DNA of 29,987 nt. Origin: Desulfuromonadales bacterium. GTDB taxonomy: Bacteria; Desulfobacterota; Desulfuromonadia; Desulfuromonadales; BM103. How positions within the stretch are numbered: the stretch's first letter is position 1; each line of letters begins with the position of its first letter. Below are positions 10,881 through 20,178 of the stretch, piece after piece. A program made the translations under genes and the position numbers. The stretch covers positions 1 to 29,987 of the forward strand of contig JBFIMV010000001.1 of the NCBI GenBank assembly GCA_041611575.1. The letters run 5' to 3'. The notes below the pieces were generated by a model. It made no database searches. It was not told where the DNA came from and saw nothing but the letters and a program-made list of their open reading frames with translations.

Positions 10881-12143
10881 ATGACTGCTGATCAATGGCT
10901 GCACATTTTGGGCCTCCTGTTGCTGTTCGTCCTTTCGGCCTTCTTCTCAGGTTCGGAAACCGCCCTGATGTCGATGGACCGGATGCGGGTCAAGTATCTT
11001 GCCGAAAAGAACCGCCCTGGTGCCCGCAAGCTTGCCGAGCTCCTCGAGCGACCCGAAGGGTTGTTAAGCGCAATCCTGGTCGGCAACAACCTGGTGAACA
11101 TCATGCTTTCGGTGTTCGCGACGATCCTGTTCATCGATCTCTTCGGCCGGCACGGCGAACTGCTGACGATCCTGATATTGACCCCGGTCCTGTTGATTTT
11201 TTCCGAGGTCTGTCCGAAGACCTACGCTGCGAACTATCCCGAAAAACTCTCGTTCCGTGTTCTGCACCCGATTCGTTTCGTCATGTGGCTGCTGCGTCCG
11301 GTGACCTTTGTCGTCGGCGGCATCTCCCGTCTGATGACGCGCTTCCTGCACGGCGAAAGGGTCCTGCCTATCATCTCCGAAGACGAGATTCGCTCCATCA
11401 TCGAGTTCGGTGAACACCAGGGTGTCGTCGCCAAGGAAAAGCGCCGCATGCTGCACGGGGTCTTCGACCTCGCCGAGATCCGCGTGCGTGATGTCATGGT
11501 CCCCCGGACCGAGGTGGTCGGCATCGAAGTCAACGCGAGCTTTGCCGAGGTTGTGCAGATGGCCGCCCAGGCCAGGCACTCTCGCTTCCCGGTCTACGAT
11601 GGTGACCTCGACCGGGTGGTCGGCATCATCCACTCGAAGGACATTCTCAACTATCTTGATCGACCCGAGGAGTTCTCGCTGCGCGAGTTGGCCAGGCCGC
11701 CCTATTTCGTCCCGGAGGCCAAGCCGATCGAGGCCTTGATGCAGGCCTTCCGACATAAGCATCTGCACCTCGCCGTCGTGGTCGACGAGTACGGCGGGGT
11801 GGAGGGGCTCTGTACGCTTGAGGATATTGTGGAGGAGATTGTCGGAGAAATTCAGGACGAATATGACGAGGAGGAGATCCTCGTCAGTTCCCTGGGGCCG
11901 CGACGCTACATGGTGGATGGCAGTACCGCCCTGCGCTATATCAATCGCCGTTTTGGCCTGAGCCTCTCGGAGGAGCGAGTCAACACGCTGGCCGGTTTTC
12001 TCCTCGATTCCCTCGGCAGTATTCCCGAAGTCGGTGATGTCTGCGAATCCGGGGGCGTCAGGTTCACCGTACGCCAGATCGTGGACCGTCGCATCGAGCA
12101 GATCGAAATGCAACTTCCCGCCGAGGATTCTGCCAAATCTTGA
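10881..12143 (+). CDS. CNNM/DUF21-CBS-CorC_HlyC membrane protein (hemolysin-like, Mg/Co transport-associated family)
   Basis: SAFFSGSETALMS, ILVGNNLVN, FSEVCPKT, tandem CBS (VRDVMVPRT, HSRFPVY, AVVVDEYGGVEGLCTLEDIVEEIVGEIQDEYD), C-terminal CorC domain (NTLAGFLL...IPEVGD). Confidence 0.93.
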   Translation: MTADQWLHILGLLLLFVLSAFFSGSETALMSMDRMRVKYLAEKNRPGARKLAELLERPEGLLSAILVGNNLVNIMLSVFATILFIDLFGRHGELLTILILTPVLLIFSEVCPKTYAANYPEKLSFRVLHPIRFVMWLLRPVTFVVGGISRLMTRFLHGERVLPIISEDEIRSIIEFGEHQGVVAKEKRRMLHGVFDLAEIRVRDVMVPRTEVVGIEVNASFAEVVQMAAQARHSRFPVYDGDLDRVVGIIHSKDILNYLDRPEEFSLRELARPPYFVPEAKPIEALMQAFRHKHLHLAVVVDEYGGVEGLCTLEDIVEEIVGEIQDEYDEEEILVSSLGPRRYMVDGSTALRYINRRFGLSLSEERVNTLAGFLLDSLGSIPEVGDVCESGGVRFTVRQIVDRRIEQIEMQLPAEDSAKS

Positions 12144-12201
12144 GAGGCTGACCGCCCGTATTCGGTTGCCTGACCCGGCCTCCTTACCGCAGTGTCAGGT
12201 C

Positions 12202-12230
12202 AACTTGAGGCGTTTCTTCAAGTTTGTTTT
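12202..12230 (+). terminator. Probable Rho-independent terminator after the CNNM gene
   Basis: AACTTGAGG, loop CGTTT, CTTCAAGTT, then TGTTTT. The stem is AU-rich and the U tract is interrupted. Confidence 0.5.
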
Positions 12231-12355
12231 CTATCCCCCTGAAAAATATGAGATTGTCCTCCCCTTGCTTGTCAGGGTAGTGAAAATGTCCCCGGCGGGT
12301 GCTCTCGCCAGGCTTCTGATAATCGCCCTAACCCCTTAAAAAATTGAAATATTTC

Positions 12356-12384
12356 TTGACAGCTGGCGGCCCTGCACCTATAGT
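12356..12384 (+). promoter_or_regulatory. Strong sigma70 promoter of the dcw cluster (Pmra equivalent)
   Basis: TTGACA (12356-12361), 17 nt, TATAGT (12379-12384), with an AT-rich UP-like tract at 12338-12355. Confidence 0.85.
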
Positions 12385-12391
12385 TGCCCAG

Positions 12392-12408
12392 AAGGTGGTG
12401 AAATGTGT
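12392..12408 (+). promoter_or_regulatory. Putative MraZ operator (10-bp-period GTG-core direct repeats)
   Basis: AAGGTGG (12392-12398) and AATGTGT (12402-12408), just downstream of the -10. Resembles the 10-bp-spaced GTG(G/T) repeats MraZ binds in other bacteria. Confidence 0.45.
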
Positions 12409-12431
12409 TTATTTAGGCCAAAGAGGGCCAA

Positions 12432-12887
12432 ATGGGATTTCAGGGCGTCTATTACAATTCAATCGATGCCAAAGGGCGGGTCAGTGTACCGGCGCGTTTC
12501 CGCGAGTTGCTCAAGGGTGACTTCGGCGACGACGCCTTGATCGTCACCCAGGACCGTAGCGGCATTGTTGCGTATCCTGTCTCCGAATGGGAGCTTTTTC
12601 TGGAGAAGTTCGAGCAGCTGCCGAACGACCAGTTCCGGGAAGATCTCTACTTCACAACCGTCACACCTGCAACGCACTGCACTTTTGATAAACAGGGGCG
12701 CATTCAGCTCCCCGTGTCCTTGCGCGAATACTGCCAGCTTGACACTGATGGCCTCCGCGATGTTGTGGTCGTGGGCGGGGCAAGGAAGATTCAGTTCTGG
12801 AACAAGTCCATCTATCTCGAGATGCTCGCTGAGGCTGAACGGCGTCTGGCCGATGATCGGCAGAAGCGATTTGCCCTGGGATTGTAG
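12432..12887 (+). CDS. mraZ: Division/cell wall cluster transcriptional repressor MraZ
   Basis: FQG...IDAKGRVSVPARFR and a second DKQGRIQLP repeat. First gene of the dcw cluster. Confidence 0.95.
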   Translation: MGFQGVYYNSIDAKGRVSVPARFRELLKGDFGDDALIVTQDRSGIVAYPVSEWELFLEKFEQLPNDQFREDLYFTTVTPATHCTFDKQGRIQLPVSLREYCQLDTDGLRDVVVVGGARKIQFWNKSIYLEMLAEAERRLADDRQKRFALGL

Positions 12888-12891
12888 ATCT

Positions 12892-13863
12892 TTGACTTCG
12901 GATGCGTTCAGGCATGTGTCGGTTCTGGGTGAGGCGGTCTTGACCTACCTTGAGCCCCACCGTGGCGGCATTTACCTGGATGGCACCCTGGGTGGCGGTG
13001 GTCATGCACGCCTGATCCTGGAGGCTTCCGCCCCCGATGGTGTCCTGGTCGGCCTTGACCGCGATGCAGAAGCGCTGGCGGCTGCCGGCGCCAACCTGGC
13101 GCCCTTCGGTGAGCGCGCCCTGCTCAGGCAGGGCAACTTCGCCGGGCTGGAAGGTCAGCTCGATACGCTCGGCATCGACCTGGTTGACGGCATCCTGCTG
13201 GACCTCGGCGTTTCCTCCCATCAGCTGGACAGCCCGGGGCGTGGGTTTTCCTTTCGCGAGGACGGCCCGCTGGACATGCGGATGAACCCGGCAGAGGGAC
13301 AGAGTGCCGCCGAAGTAATCGCAGATGCGGAGATGGAGGAGCTGGTGCGGATTTTTCGTGACTACGGGGAAGAGCGCTGGTCGGGGCGGATTGCCCGCGA
13401 GATTGTTCGGACCCGTGAGAGCCGGCCGATTCAGACCACGACGCAATTGGCTGAACTGGTCAGCCGCTCGGTCCCGCACGGTCACGTGCCGCAGCGCATT
13501 CATCCTGCAACGCGCGTTTTTCAGGCGCTGCGCATTCATGTCAACGGTGAGCTCGACAGCTTGAAGGCAGGATTGGCGGCAGCGCAGCGCAGGCTGAAGA
13601 AGGGAGGGCGCCTGGTGGTGATCAGCTTCCACTCCCTGGAGGACCGGATGGTCAAGCATGCTTTCCGCGCTGCGGCCACCGGGTGTGTTTGCCCGCCGCG
13701 CCTGGCCGTCTGCGCCTGTGGGCAGCAGCCCTCGGCACGGGTGCTGACCCGGCGCGGGGTGCGGGCCGACGATGCCGAGATTACAGTGAATCCGCGCGCC
13801 CGAAGCGCCGTGCTGCGGGCCATGGAACGACTTACAGTAGAGGAGACCAGCCAACATGTCTGA
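12892..13863 (+). CDS. rsmH: 16S rRNA (cytosine1402-N4)-methyltransferase RsmH (MraW)
   Basis: HVSVL, YLDGTLGGGGHA, LLDLGVSSHQLD, RGFSF, PLDMRM, HPATRVFQALRI, VISFHSLEDRMVK, NPRARSAVLR. The ORF-track start at 12565 overlaps mraZ; TTG 12892 is the likely start. Confidence 0.95.
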   Translation: MTSDAFRHVSVLGEAVLTYLEPHRGGIYLDGTLGGGGHARLILEASAPDGVLVGLDRDAEALAAAGANLAPFGERALLRQGNFAGLEGQLDTLGIDLVDGILLDLGVSSHQLDSPGRGFSFREDGPLDMRMNPAEGQSAAEVIADAEMEELVRIFRDYGEERWSGRIAREIVRTRESRPIQTTTQLAELVSRSVPHGHVPQRIHPATRVFQALRIHVNGELDSLKAGLAAAQRRLKKGGRLVVISFHSLEDRMVKHAFRAAATGCVCPPRLAVCACGQQPSARVLTRRGVRADDAEITVNPRARSAVLRAMERLTVEETSQHV

Positions 13864-14173
13864 TACGACAGTCCGGGCCTTGCCGAAAATCAATGGCTTC
13901 ACCTTGCACCGCCCCAACCTCATCCCGGTTCTGGGTTTTATCTCGTTGCTCCTGGCAGCGTCGCTCTTCTTCGTCTGGTCGCGGGTGCAGGTGACCACCC
14001 TCGAGTACGATATTTCGCAGCTGGAAAGCACCTTGAGAGAAATGCGCCAGGAGACTGCGAGCCTGCGGCTCGAAGCGGCGAGCCTGAGAAATCCGGAAAG
14101 GATCGAACGGGTCGCCCGCAAGGAGCTCGGGTTGCGTCTCCCCACCTCTGAACAGGTTGTCACGGTGGATTAA
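13856..14173 (+). CDS. ftsL: Cell division protein FtsL
   Basis: Short cytoplasmic N-terminus, one TM helix, coiled coil, C-terminal LRNPERIERVARKELGL. Lies between rsmH and ftsI. Confidence 0.88.
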   Translation: MSDTTVRALPKINGFTLHRPNLIPVLGFISLLLAASLFFVWSRVQVTTLEYDISQLESTLREMRQETASLRLEAASLRNPERIERVARKELGLRLPTSEQVVTVD

Positions 14174-16158
14174 TGAAAGGACCGGAGAAAGGAGTTCGCT
14201 TTCGCATCCGCTTGATCGGGGCCGTTTTTGTCCTCGTTTTTGCGTTGGTGGCGATGCGGGCCTTCGATCTCCAGGTCCTGCAGGAACAGCAGTGGGGTGA
14301 GCGGGCGGAAAAGCAGCACCAGAAGGTCATCCCGCTGACGCCGCAACGCGGCACGATCTTTGATCGCAACGGCGAGGAACTGGCGGTCAGCGTCAACGTT
14401 GATTCCATCTATGCCGAGCCGCGCAAGATTCAGGATCGTGACGCCGTCGCCCGCAGCCTGTCCAGGGTGATTGATCTCCCCGTCAAATCGATCAATGCAA
14501 AATTGAAGGGCAATGGTGGCTTCGTCTGGCTCAAGCGACAGGTCACGCCAAGCGAGAGCGAGCAGGTGCGGAAGCTGAAGCTCGAAGGTGTGGGGATGAT
14601 CAAGGAGCATCGGCGCTTCTATCCCAATTCGGGCCTTGCCGCGCACCTTCTCGGCTTTACCGGACTCGATCCTATGGGTCTCGAAGGCCTGGAGCTCAAG
14701 TACGACAAGATGATCCTCGGGCGCGGCGGCTACCTGGTCATGGAACGAGACGCGCTCGGTCGAGGCATCGGTGCCGGCAGTCCCCATATCCAGGGGGCCA
14801 CGCGCGGTCACGATCTCTACCTGACGATCGACAAGAACCTGCAATACATAGCCGAGAGAGAGCTTCACGAAGGGGTGAAGGCTGCTGCAGCCAAGGCCGG
14901 GACGGTTGTCATGATCGAGCCGTCGACCGGCAAGATCCTGGCCCTCGCAAGCCACCCGGAATACAATCCGAACGCCTTTTTCCGGCACAAGCCGAACCAG
15001 TGGCGCAATCGCACGGTTTGTGACAGTTTCGAGCCGGGATCAACCTTCAAGATATTTCTGATGGCGGCGGCGCTGAACGAGGCCGTCATCAATACGAAAC
15101 AGAAGATCTACTGCGAGAACGGCACATTCCGCGTTGGTGGCAAGGTGATCAATGATACCAAGCGCCACCAGGATCTGACGCCGGCGGAAATCATCAAGTA
15201 CAGCTCCAACATCGGGTCGGCGAAGATCGGCAAGATGCTCGAGCGCGCGACATTTTACGAGTACATCCGGGATTTCGGTTTCGGCCAGGTCACCGGGGTT
15301 GATCTGCCGGGAGAAGCGAGCGGCTTGCTCCGGCCTTCGGAACGGTGGTTCGAGATTGATCTCGCGGCGATTTCCTTTGGCCAGGGGGTCAGCGTCACGC
15401 CGATTCAGCTGGCTGCGGCAACGGCAGCCCTTGCCAACGGCGGCACCCTGATGGAGCCCTACGTTGTCGAACGGATTGTCGACAGCCTGGGTCAGGTCAA
15501 CGAGGAGCGCAGGCCGCGCGTGGTTCGCAAGGTCGTTGCCCAGGATGTCGCCCAGACGGTGACACGCATGATGGAGATGACAACCGAGGCCGATGGCACG
15601 GCGACCAGGGCGCGCGTCCCGGGATTCCGGGTCGCCGGCAAGACCGGTACCGCGCAAAAGGTCGATGCGGTGACGGGGGGCTACTCGGCCGATAAAAGGG
15701 TCGGCTCGTTTGTCGGCTTCCTCCCGGTCGAGGCGCCGCGAGTGGTGATCCTGGTGACGATCGACGAGCCGGAAAAAGGCATTTACGGAGGATTGACGGC
15801 TGCGCCGGTGTTCTCCAGGGTGGCCGCACAGACGATGCAGTATCTCAAGGTGACACCGAGTGAACAGGTGCCCGGCAGCGAGAAGGCTCCGACTTTGGAA
15901 CAGTTCTTCGCCATCAAGGCGGCCAGCCCGATCGTCGAGCCCAAGATTGTTGCTGTTGAGGCGACGGAAGAGTCCGGTGGGCCGCAGATGCCGGATTTCA
16001 AGGGGTTGAGTTATCGCCAGGTCCTTGAGCTCATGGAGGAAAAACAGCTGAACATAAGTTTTCGCGGGCGCGGCCGTGTGGTTGAACAGTCACCGGGCCC
16101 GGGAGTTTCAATCCCTTATGGCGCTCCTGTCTGGGTAAAGATGTCACCGCCAACGTAG
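14173..16158 (+). CDS. ftsI: Class B PBP FtsI/PBP3 with a C-terminal PASTA domain
   Basis: RGTIFDRNG, GLEGLE, EPGSTFK (SxxK), SSN (SxN), GKTGT (KTG), C-terminal MPDFKGLS...VVEQSPGPG PASTA. TAATG overlap with ftsL. Confidence 0.95.
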   Translation: MKGPEKGVRFRIRLIGAVFVLVFALVAMRAFDLQVLQEQQWGERAEKQHQKVIPLTPQRGTIFDRNGEELAVSVNVDSIYAEPRKIQDRDAVARSLSRVIDLPVKSINAKLKGNGGFVWLKRQVTPSESEQVRKLKLEGVGMIKEHRRFYPNSGLAAHLLGFTGLDPMGLEGLELKYDKMILGRGGYLVMERDALGRGIGAGSPHIQGATRGHDLYLTIDKNLQYIAERELHEGVKAAAAKAGTVVMIEPSTGKILALASHPEYNPNAFFRHKPNQWRNRTVCDSFEPGSTFKIFLMAAALNEAVINTKQKIYCENGTFRVGGKVINDTKRHQDLTPAEIIKYSSNIGSAKIGKMLERATFYEYIRDFGFGQVTGVDLPGEASGLLRPSERWFEIDLAAISFGQGVSVTPIQLAAATAALANGGTLMEPYVVERIVDSLGQVNEERRPRVVRKVVAQDVAQTVTRMMEMTTEADGTATRARVPGFRVAGKTGTAQKVDAVTGGYSADKRVGSFVGFLPVEAPRVVILVTIDEPEKGIYGGLTAAPVFSRVAAQTMQYLKVTPSEQVPGSEKAPTLEQFFAIKAASPIVEPKIVAVEATEESGGPQMPDFKGLSYRQVLELMEEKQLNISFRGRGRVVEQSPGPGVSIPYGAPVWVKMSPPT

Positions 16159-16180
16159 AGTTATTCGAGACGCTGAAGAC

Positions 16181-17695
16181 ATGACCATGAAGCTTGCTGA
16201 TCTCTTGAAAGGTTGCCTGATTCGTCAGATGCTTGGCTCGTCTGATGTCGAGGTGACCGGTCTTTGCTATGACTCCCGCCGCGTCCGCAAGGGGGATGTC
16301 TTTTTCGCGCTGCGCGGCACCGCCAGTGATGGTCATGCCTTTGTCCCGGTCGCGGTTGCCGGTGGCGCTGCCGCGGTTGTCGTCGAGGAGCCGGTCGCGG
16401 GCGTCGATGCAACGACCTGTGTCCAGGTTGACAGTGCGCGCCAGGCCCTGGCGATTGCCTCAGCGAATTTTTACGCCGACCCGACACGGGAGATGCCGGC
16501 GATTGGCGTGACCGGCACCAACGGCAAGACGACCATCACCTATCTGCTCGAGGCGATCCTCACCCAGGCCGGGCTTGCCCCTGCGGTGGTCGGCACGATC
16601 AACTACCGGTTCGGCAAGGACCTGCGCCAGGCGGCGCACACCACGCCCGAGTCCCTGGATTTGATGAAGCATCTTGAAGAGTTTCGCCAGGCCGGAGCCC
16701 GCTCGCTGGTCATGGAGGTCTCTTCCCATGCCCTTGACCAGCATCGCGCCGATGGCGTGCATTTCAAGGTCGGGGTCTTTACCAACCTGACGCTGGACCA
16801 TCTCGATTATCATCCGGACATGGAGCATTACTACGCCAGCAAGCGGCACCTGTTCGCCCGCCTCCTGCCGCGTGACGGCGGCCGTGCTGTCATCAACATC
16901 GACGACAGCTATGGACGTCGCCTGGCGGGTGAACTGGAGTCGGCCCTGACCTGCGGCCGCCGGGACGAAGCTGACGTCCGGCCGGAGCAGCTTGAGGTGT
17001 CGCTTGCCGGTATCCGCGGGCGCGTCCTGACTCCGGCCGGTTCCGTCGAGGTCAAGAGCGCCCTGCTCGGCGATTACAACGTCGAGAACCTGCTGTGTGC
17101 TATCGGTGCGGCCGTCGCGCTGGACCTGCCGCCCGAGGTGATTGCCGCCGGCCTGGCCAACGCCCCGGGAGTTCCGGGACGCCTCGAGCGGATAGAAAAC
17201 GACCTTGAGGCGATTGTTCTGGTCGACTATGCGCACACCGGCGATGCCCTGCAAAGGGTGATCGCTGCCATGCAGGACCTCAAGCCGGCCCGGATCCTGA
17301 CCGTGTTCGGCTGCGGCGGAGATCGCGACCGCAGCAAACGACCGGTGATGGCGGAGGTCGCCGCGCGTGGTTCGCACATCGCCATCGCCACCTCGGACAA
17401 TCCGCGAACGGAAGACCCGATGAGGATTCTGGACGATGTCCGGGTCGGACTTGACCGGGTCCATGCGCGGGAATGGGCCAAGGCTGAAGCCGCCGAAGAG
17501 GCAGGTAAGGGCTATGTTGTCATCCCGGACCGCCGGGAGGCGATCCGCTTTGCTGTCAGCCTGTTGCAAGCCGGAGACCTGTTGCTCGTGGCCGGCAAGG
17601 GCCATGAGGACTATCAGATCCTTGGCACGTCGCGCGTTCATTTCGACGACCGGGAGGAATTGCGTGCCGCACTCGCCGAAAGGGGTCGCATATGA
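16181..17695 (+). CDS. murE: UDP-MurNAc-tripeptide synthetase MurE (meso-DAP type)
   Basis: GVTGTNGKTT, HTTPES, MEVSSH, FTNLTLDHLDYH, VPGRLE, DYAHT, FGCGGDRD, DNPR (DAP specificity), AGKGHE. Alternative start 16187. Confidence 0.96.
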   Translation: MTMKLADLLKGCLIRQMLGSSDVEVTGLCYDSRRVRKGDVFFALRGTASDGHAFVPVAVAGGAAAVVVEEPVAGVDATTCVQVDSARQALAIASANFYADPTREMPAIGVTGTNGKTTITYLLEAILTQAGLAPAVVGTINYRFGKDLRQAAHTTPESLDLMKHLEEFRQAGARSLVMEVSSHALDQHRADGVHFKVGVFTNLTLDHLDYHPDMEHYYASKRHLFARLLPRDGGRAVINIDDSYGRRLAGELESALTCGRRDEADVRPEQLEVSLAGIRGRVLTPAGSVEVKSALLGDYNVENLLCAIGAAVALDLPPEVIAAGLANAPGVPGRLERIENDLEAIVLVDYAHTGDALQRVIAAMQDLKPARILTVFGCGGDRDRSKRPVMAEVAARGSHIAIATSDNPRTEDPMRILDDVRVGLDRVHAREWAKAEAAEEAGKGYVVIPDRREAIRFAVSLLQAGDLLLVAGKGHEDYQILGTSRVHFDDREELRAALAERGRI

Positions 17696-19089
17696 TTCGC
17701 ATGGATGCACGTAAGGTCGCCGAGTTTACCGGGGGACACCTGTTGCAGAACGGGGCCTCGGTGGAAATTCACGGGTTTTCGACCGACAGCCGAACGGTCC
17801 AGCCCGGAGAGCTTTTCATCCCCTTGCGCGGCGAGAAATATGATGGCCATGACTACCTGACCCAGGCGGTAGAGCGCGGCGCGGCGGCTTGCCTCAGCGA
17901 AGAGATCATCGGCGGCCTGCGTGTGCCGGTCATCAAGGTCGCCGACACGCTGAAGGCGCTCGGAGATCTGGCCGCTGCCGTGCGGCGCCAGTTTTCCGGA
18001 CCGGTCGTCGGCATCACCGGCACGACGGGCAAGACGACCTGCAAGGAGATGCTGGCGGCGATTCTCGCCAGCCTGGGCCCCGGCCTCAAGTCGGCGGGCA
18101 ATTACAACAACCTGGTTGGCGTGCCGTTGACACTCTTCGGACTGCAGCCGCATCATTGCTGGGCGGTTATCGAAATGGGGATGAGCGCCCGCGGCGAAAT
18201 CGCGCGCATGGCTGAAATCGCCGTGCCGAGGCTCGGAGTGATCACCAACATCGGCGCCGCGCACCTGGAAAAGCTCGATGGCATCTCCGGTGTGGCGCGC
18301 GCCAAGGGTGAGCTCTTTATCGGCCTGCCGGCCAACGGCATCGCCCTGATCAACGCCGACGACCCACAGGTCACCCAGCTGCCGGTGGCCAACGGCGTCC
18401 GGCGGATACTGTTCGGAATGCATCAAGTCGCCGCAGTAAGGGGCGAACGGATCACGGCGCAGAACGGCTCGGTCAGCTTTGACCTGATCGTGGAAGGCCG
18501 GACGAAGAGGGTGCGTCTGCCGATTCCCGGCCGGCACAACGTGTCCAATGCTCTGGCGGCGGCCGCCGCCGCTTCGGCGCTCGGCGTCGAACTTGCCGCG
18601 ATTGCCGCCGGTCTCGAGGCCTTCCAGCCTTGTCCGGGCCGGATGGAGCTGATTGAGCTCCCGGGGGAGATCGTCATCCTGGAAGACAGCTACAATGCGA
18701 ACCCCTTGTCGGTGCGCGCCGCCCTCGACGCGCTGCGCGACCTCGGAACCCGGGGGCGGCGGATCGCCGTTCTGGGGGACATGCTCGAGCTCGGGCCGTC
18801 CGCGGCGGAGCTGCATCAGCAGATCGGCCGGGTTGCCGCTGAGAGGGTCGACCGGCTGTTCACCTGTGGACCCCTGGCGAAAGAAATCGCGCGCGGAGCC
18901 GTCGAGGCCGGACTGAGTGATGAGCATGTCTGCGCGGTGACCAGCCACGAAGACCTGACGGCACGCCTGTTCGCCATACTGAAGCCGGGCGACCGGATTC
19001 TGATCAAGGGCTCGCGTGGCATGCGCATGGAAAAAGTGACCGCCGCTTTGCGTAATCTGCAGCAACCAAATGCAGTCAACGGTGCCTGA
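17692..19089 (+). CDS. murF: UDP-MurNAc-pentapeptide synthetase MurF
   Basis: STDSR, GITGTTGKTTCKEM, NYNNLVGVP, EMGM, ITNIGAAHLE, EDSYNANP, VLGDMLELG, IKGSRGMRME. Confidence 0.96.
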   Translation: MIRMDARKVAEFTGGHLLQNGASVEIHGFSTDSRTVQPGELFIPLRGEKYDGHDYLTQAVERGAAACLSEEIIGGLRVPVIKVADTLKALGDLAAAVRRQFSGPVVGITGTTGKTTCKEMLAAILASLGPGLKSAGNYNNLVGVPLTLFGLQPHHCWAVIEMGMSARGEIARMAEIAVPRLGVITNIGAAHLEKLDGISGVARAKGELFIGLPANGIALINADDPQVTQLPVANGVRRILFGMHQVAAVRGERITAQNGSVSFDLIVEGRTKRVRLPIPGRHNVSNALAAAAAASALGVELAAIAAGLEAFQPCPGRMELIELPGEIVILEDSYNANPLSVRAALDALRDLGTRGRRIAVLGDMLELGPSAAELHQQIGRVAAERVDRLFTCGPLAKEIARGAVEAGLSDEHVCAVTSHEDLTARLFAILKPGDRILIKGSRGMRMEKVTAALRNLQQPNAVNGA

Positions 19090-19101
19090 CGGAGGAGACC
19101 T

Positions 19102-20178
19102 GTGCTCTATCATCTGCTCTATCCGCTGCATACCGAGTTCTCGGTTTTCTACGTCTTCCGGTTTATTACCTTCCGGACGATCTATGCCGCCATCACGGCG
19201 CTGGTCATCAGCTTCCTGCTCGGGCCCTGGCTGATCGAGAAGCTTTCCGCGCTGCAGCTGGGCCAGAGCATCCGTCGCCTCGGCCCGGAGTCTCATTTCA
19301 AGAAAGAGGGGACGCCGACCATGGGCGGCGCACTGATCCTGTTCGCCATCGTGTTGCCGACCCTGCTCTGGGCCGACCTGACCAACATGTATGTTTGGCT
19401 GACACTGCTGGTGACGATCGGCTACGGTGTCATCGGCTTTACCGATGACCTCCTCAAGGTTCGCAAGAAGAACAGTGACGGGCTGTCGCCGCGCAGGAAA
19501 ATGTTCTGGCAGATGCTGATCGCCTTCGGTGTCGGCATGGTCCTGATGACCTATCCCGGGTTCCAGACGACCCTGGCGGTGCCGTTCTTCAAAGGGGTTA
19601 ATCCCGACCTCGGCTGGTTCTATGTGCCCTTTGCCATGCTGGTGATCATCGGCGCCAGCAACGCCGTCAATCTCACCGACGGCCTTGACGGTCTGGCGAT
19701 CGGACCGGTGATCATTGCCGCCGGCACCTACCTGCTGTTCGCCTATGTCGCCGGACACGCGACCCTGTCGAGCTACCTGCAGATCAACGGTGTCAAGGGG
19801 GCCGGAGAGCTGTCGATCCTGTGCGGGGCGATGGTCGGCGCCGGGCTCGGCTTCCTCTGGTTCAACACGTATCCGGCGCAGGTTTTCATGGGGGATATCG
19901 GCAGCCTGTCTCTCGGCGGGGCCATCGGCACCATCGCCGTGATCACCAAGCAGGAGATCGTGCTGGTGATCGTCGGCGGCATCTTCGTCATGGAGGCCCT
20001 GTCGGTGATCGTGCAGGTCGCGTCGTTCCGCCTGTACGGCAAGCGGGTCTTTCGCATGGCGCCGATTCATCATCATTTTGAACTCAAGGGCTGGCCTGAA
20101 CCGAAGATCATCGTGCGGTTCTGGATCATCAGCTTCATCCTGGCGCTGGTCGCCCTTTCGACGCTGAAGTTGAGATAA
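19102..20178 (+). CDS. mraY: Phospho-MurNAc-pentapeptide transferase MraY
   Basis: [50 protein letters not shown] start with SD GGAGGAG at 19091-19097. Confidence 0.97.
   Translation: MLYHLLYPLHTEFSVFYVFRFITFRTIYAAITALVISFLLGPWLIEKLSALQLGQSIRRLGPESHFKKEGTPTMGGALILFAIVLPTLLWADLTNMYVWLTLLVTIGYGVIGFTDDLLKVRKKNSDGLSPRRKMFWQMLIAFGVGMVLMTYPGFQTTLAVPFFKGVNPDLGWFYVPFAMLVIIGASNAVNLTDGLDGLAIGPVIIAAGTYLLFAYVAGHATLSSYLQINGVKGAGELSILCGAMVGAGLGFLWFNTYPAQVFMGDIGSLSLGGAIGTIAVITKQEIVLVIVGGIFVMEALSVIVQVASFRLYGKRVFRMAPIHHHFELKGWPEPKIIVRFWIISFILALVALSTLKLR

Noticed and set aside
12144-12355. Possible RNase P RNA or SRP RNA upstream of mraZ
   Set aside because: No GAGGAAAGUCC (RNase P) or GGAA-tetraloop SRP domain IV motif. 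The region is too short for rnpB.
17638-20076. 812-aa minus-strand ORF, and other long antisense ORFs (e.g. 9221-10738 +, 12661-14163 -, 16460-17710 -, 23912-24955 -)
   Set aside because: They lie exactly opposite well-supported genes and have no recognisable motifs. They are shadow ORFs expected from GC-rich codon usage.
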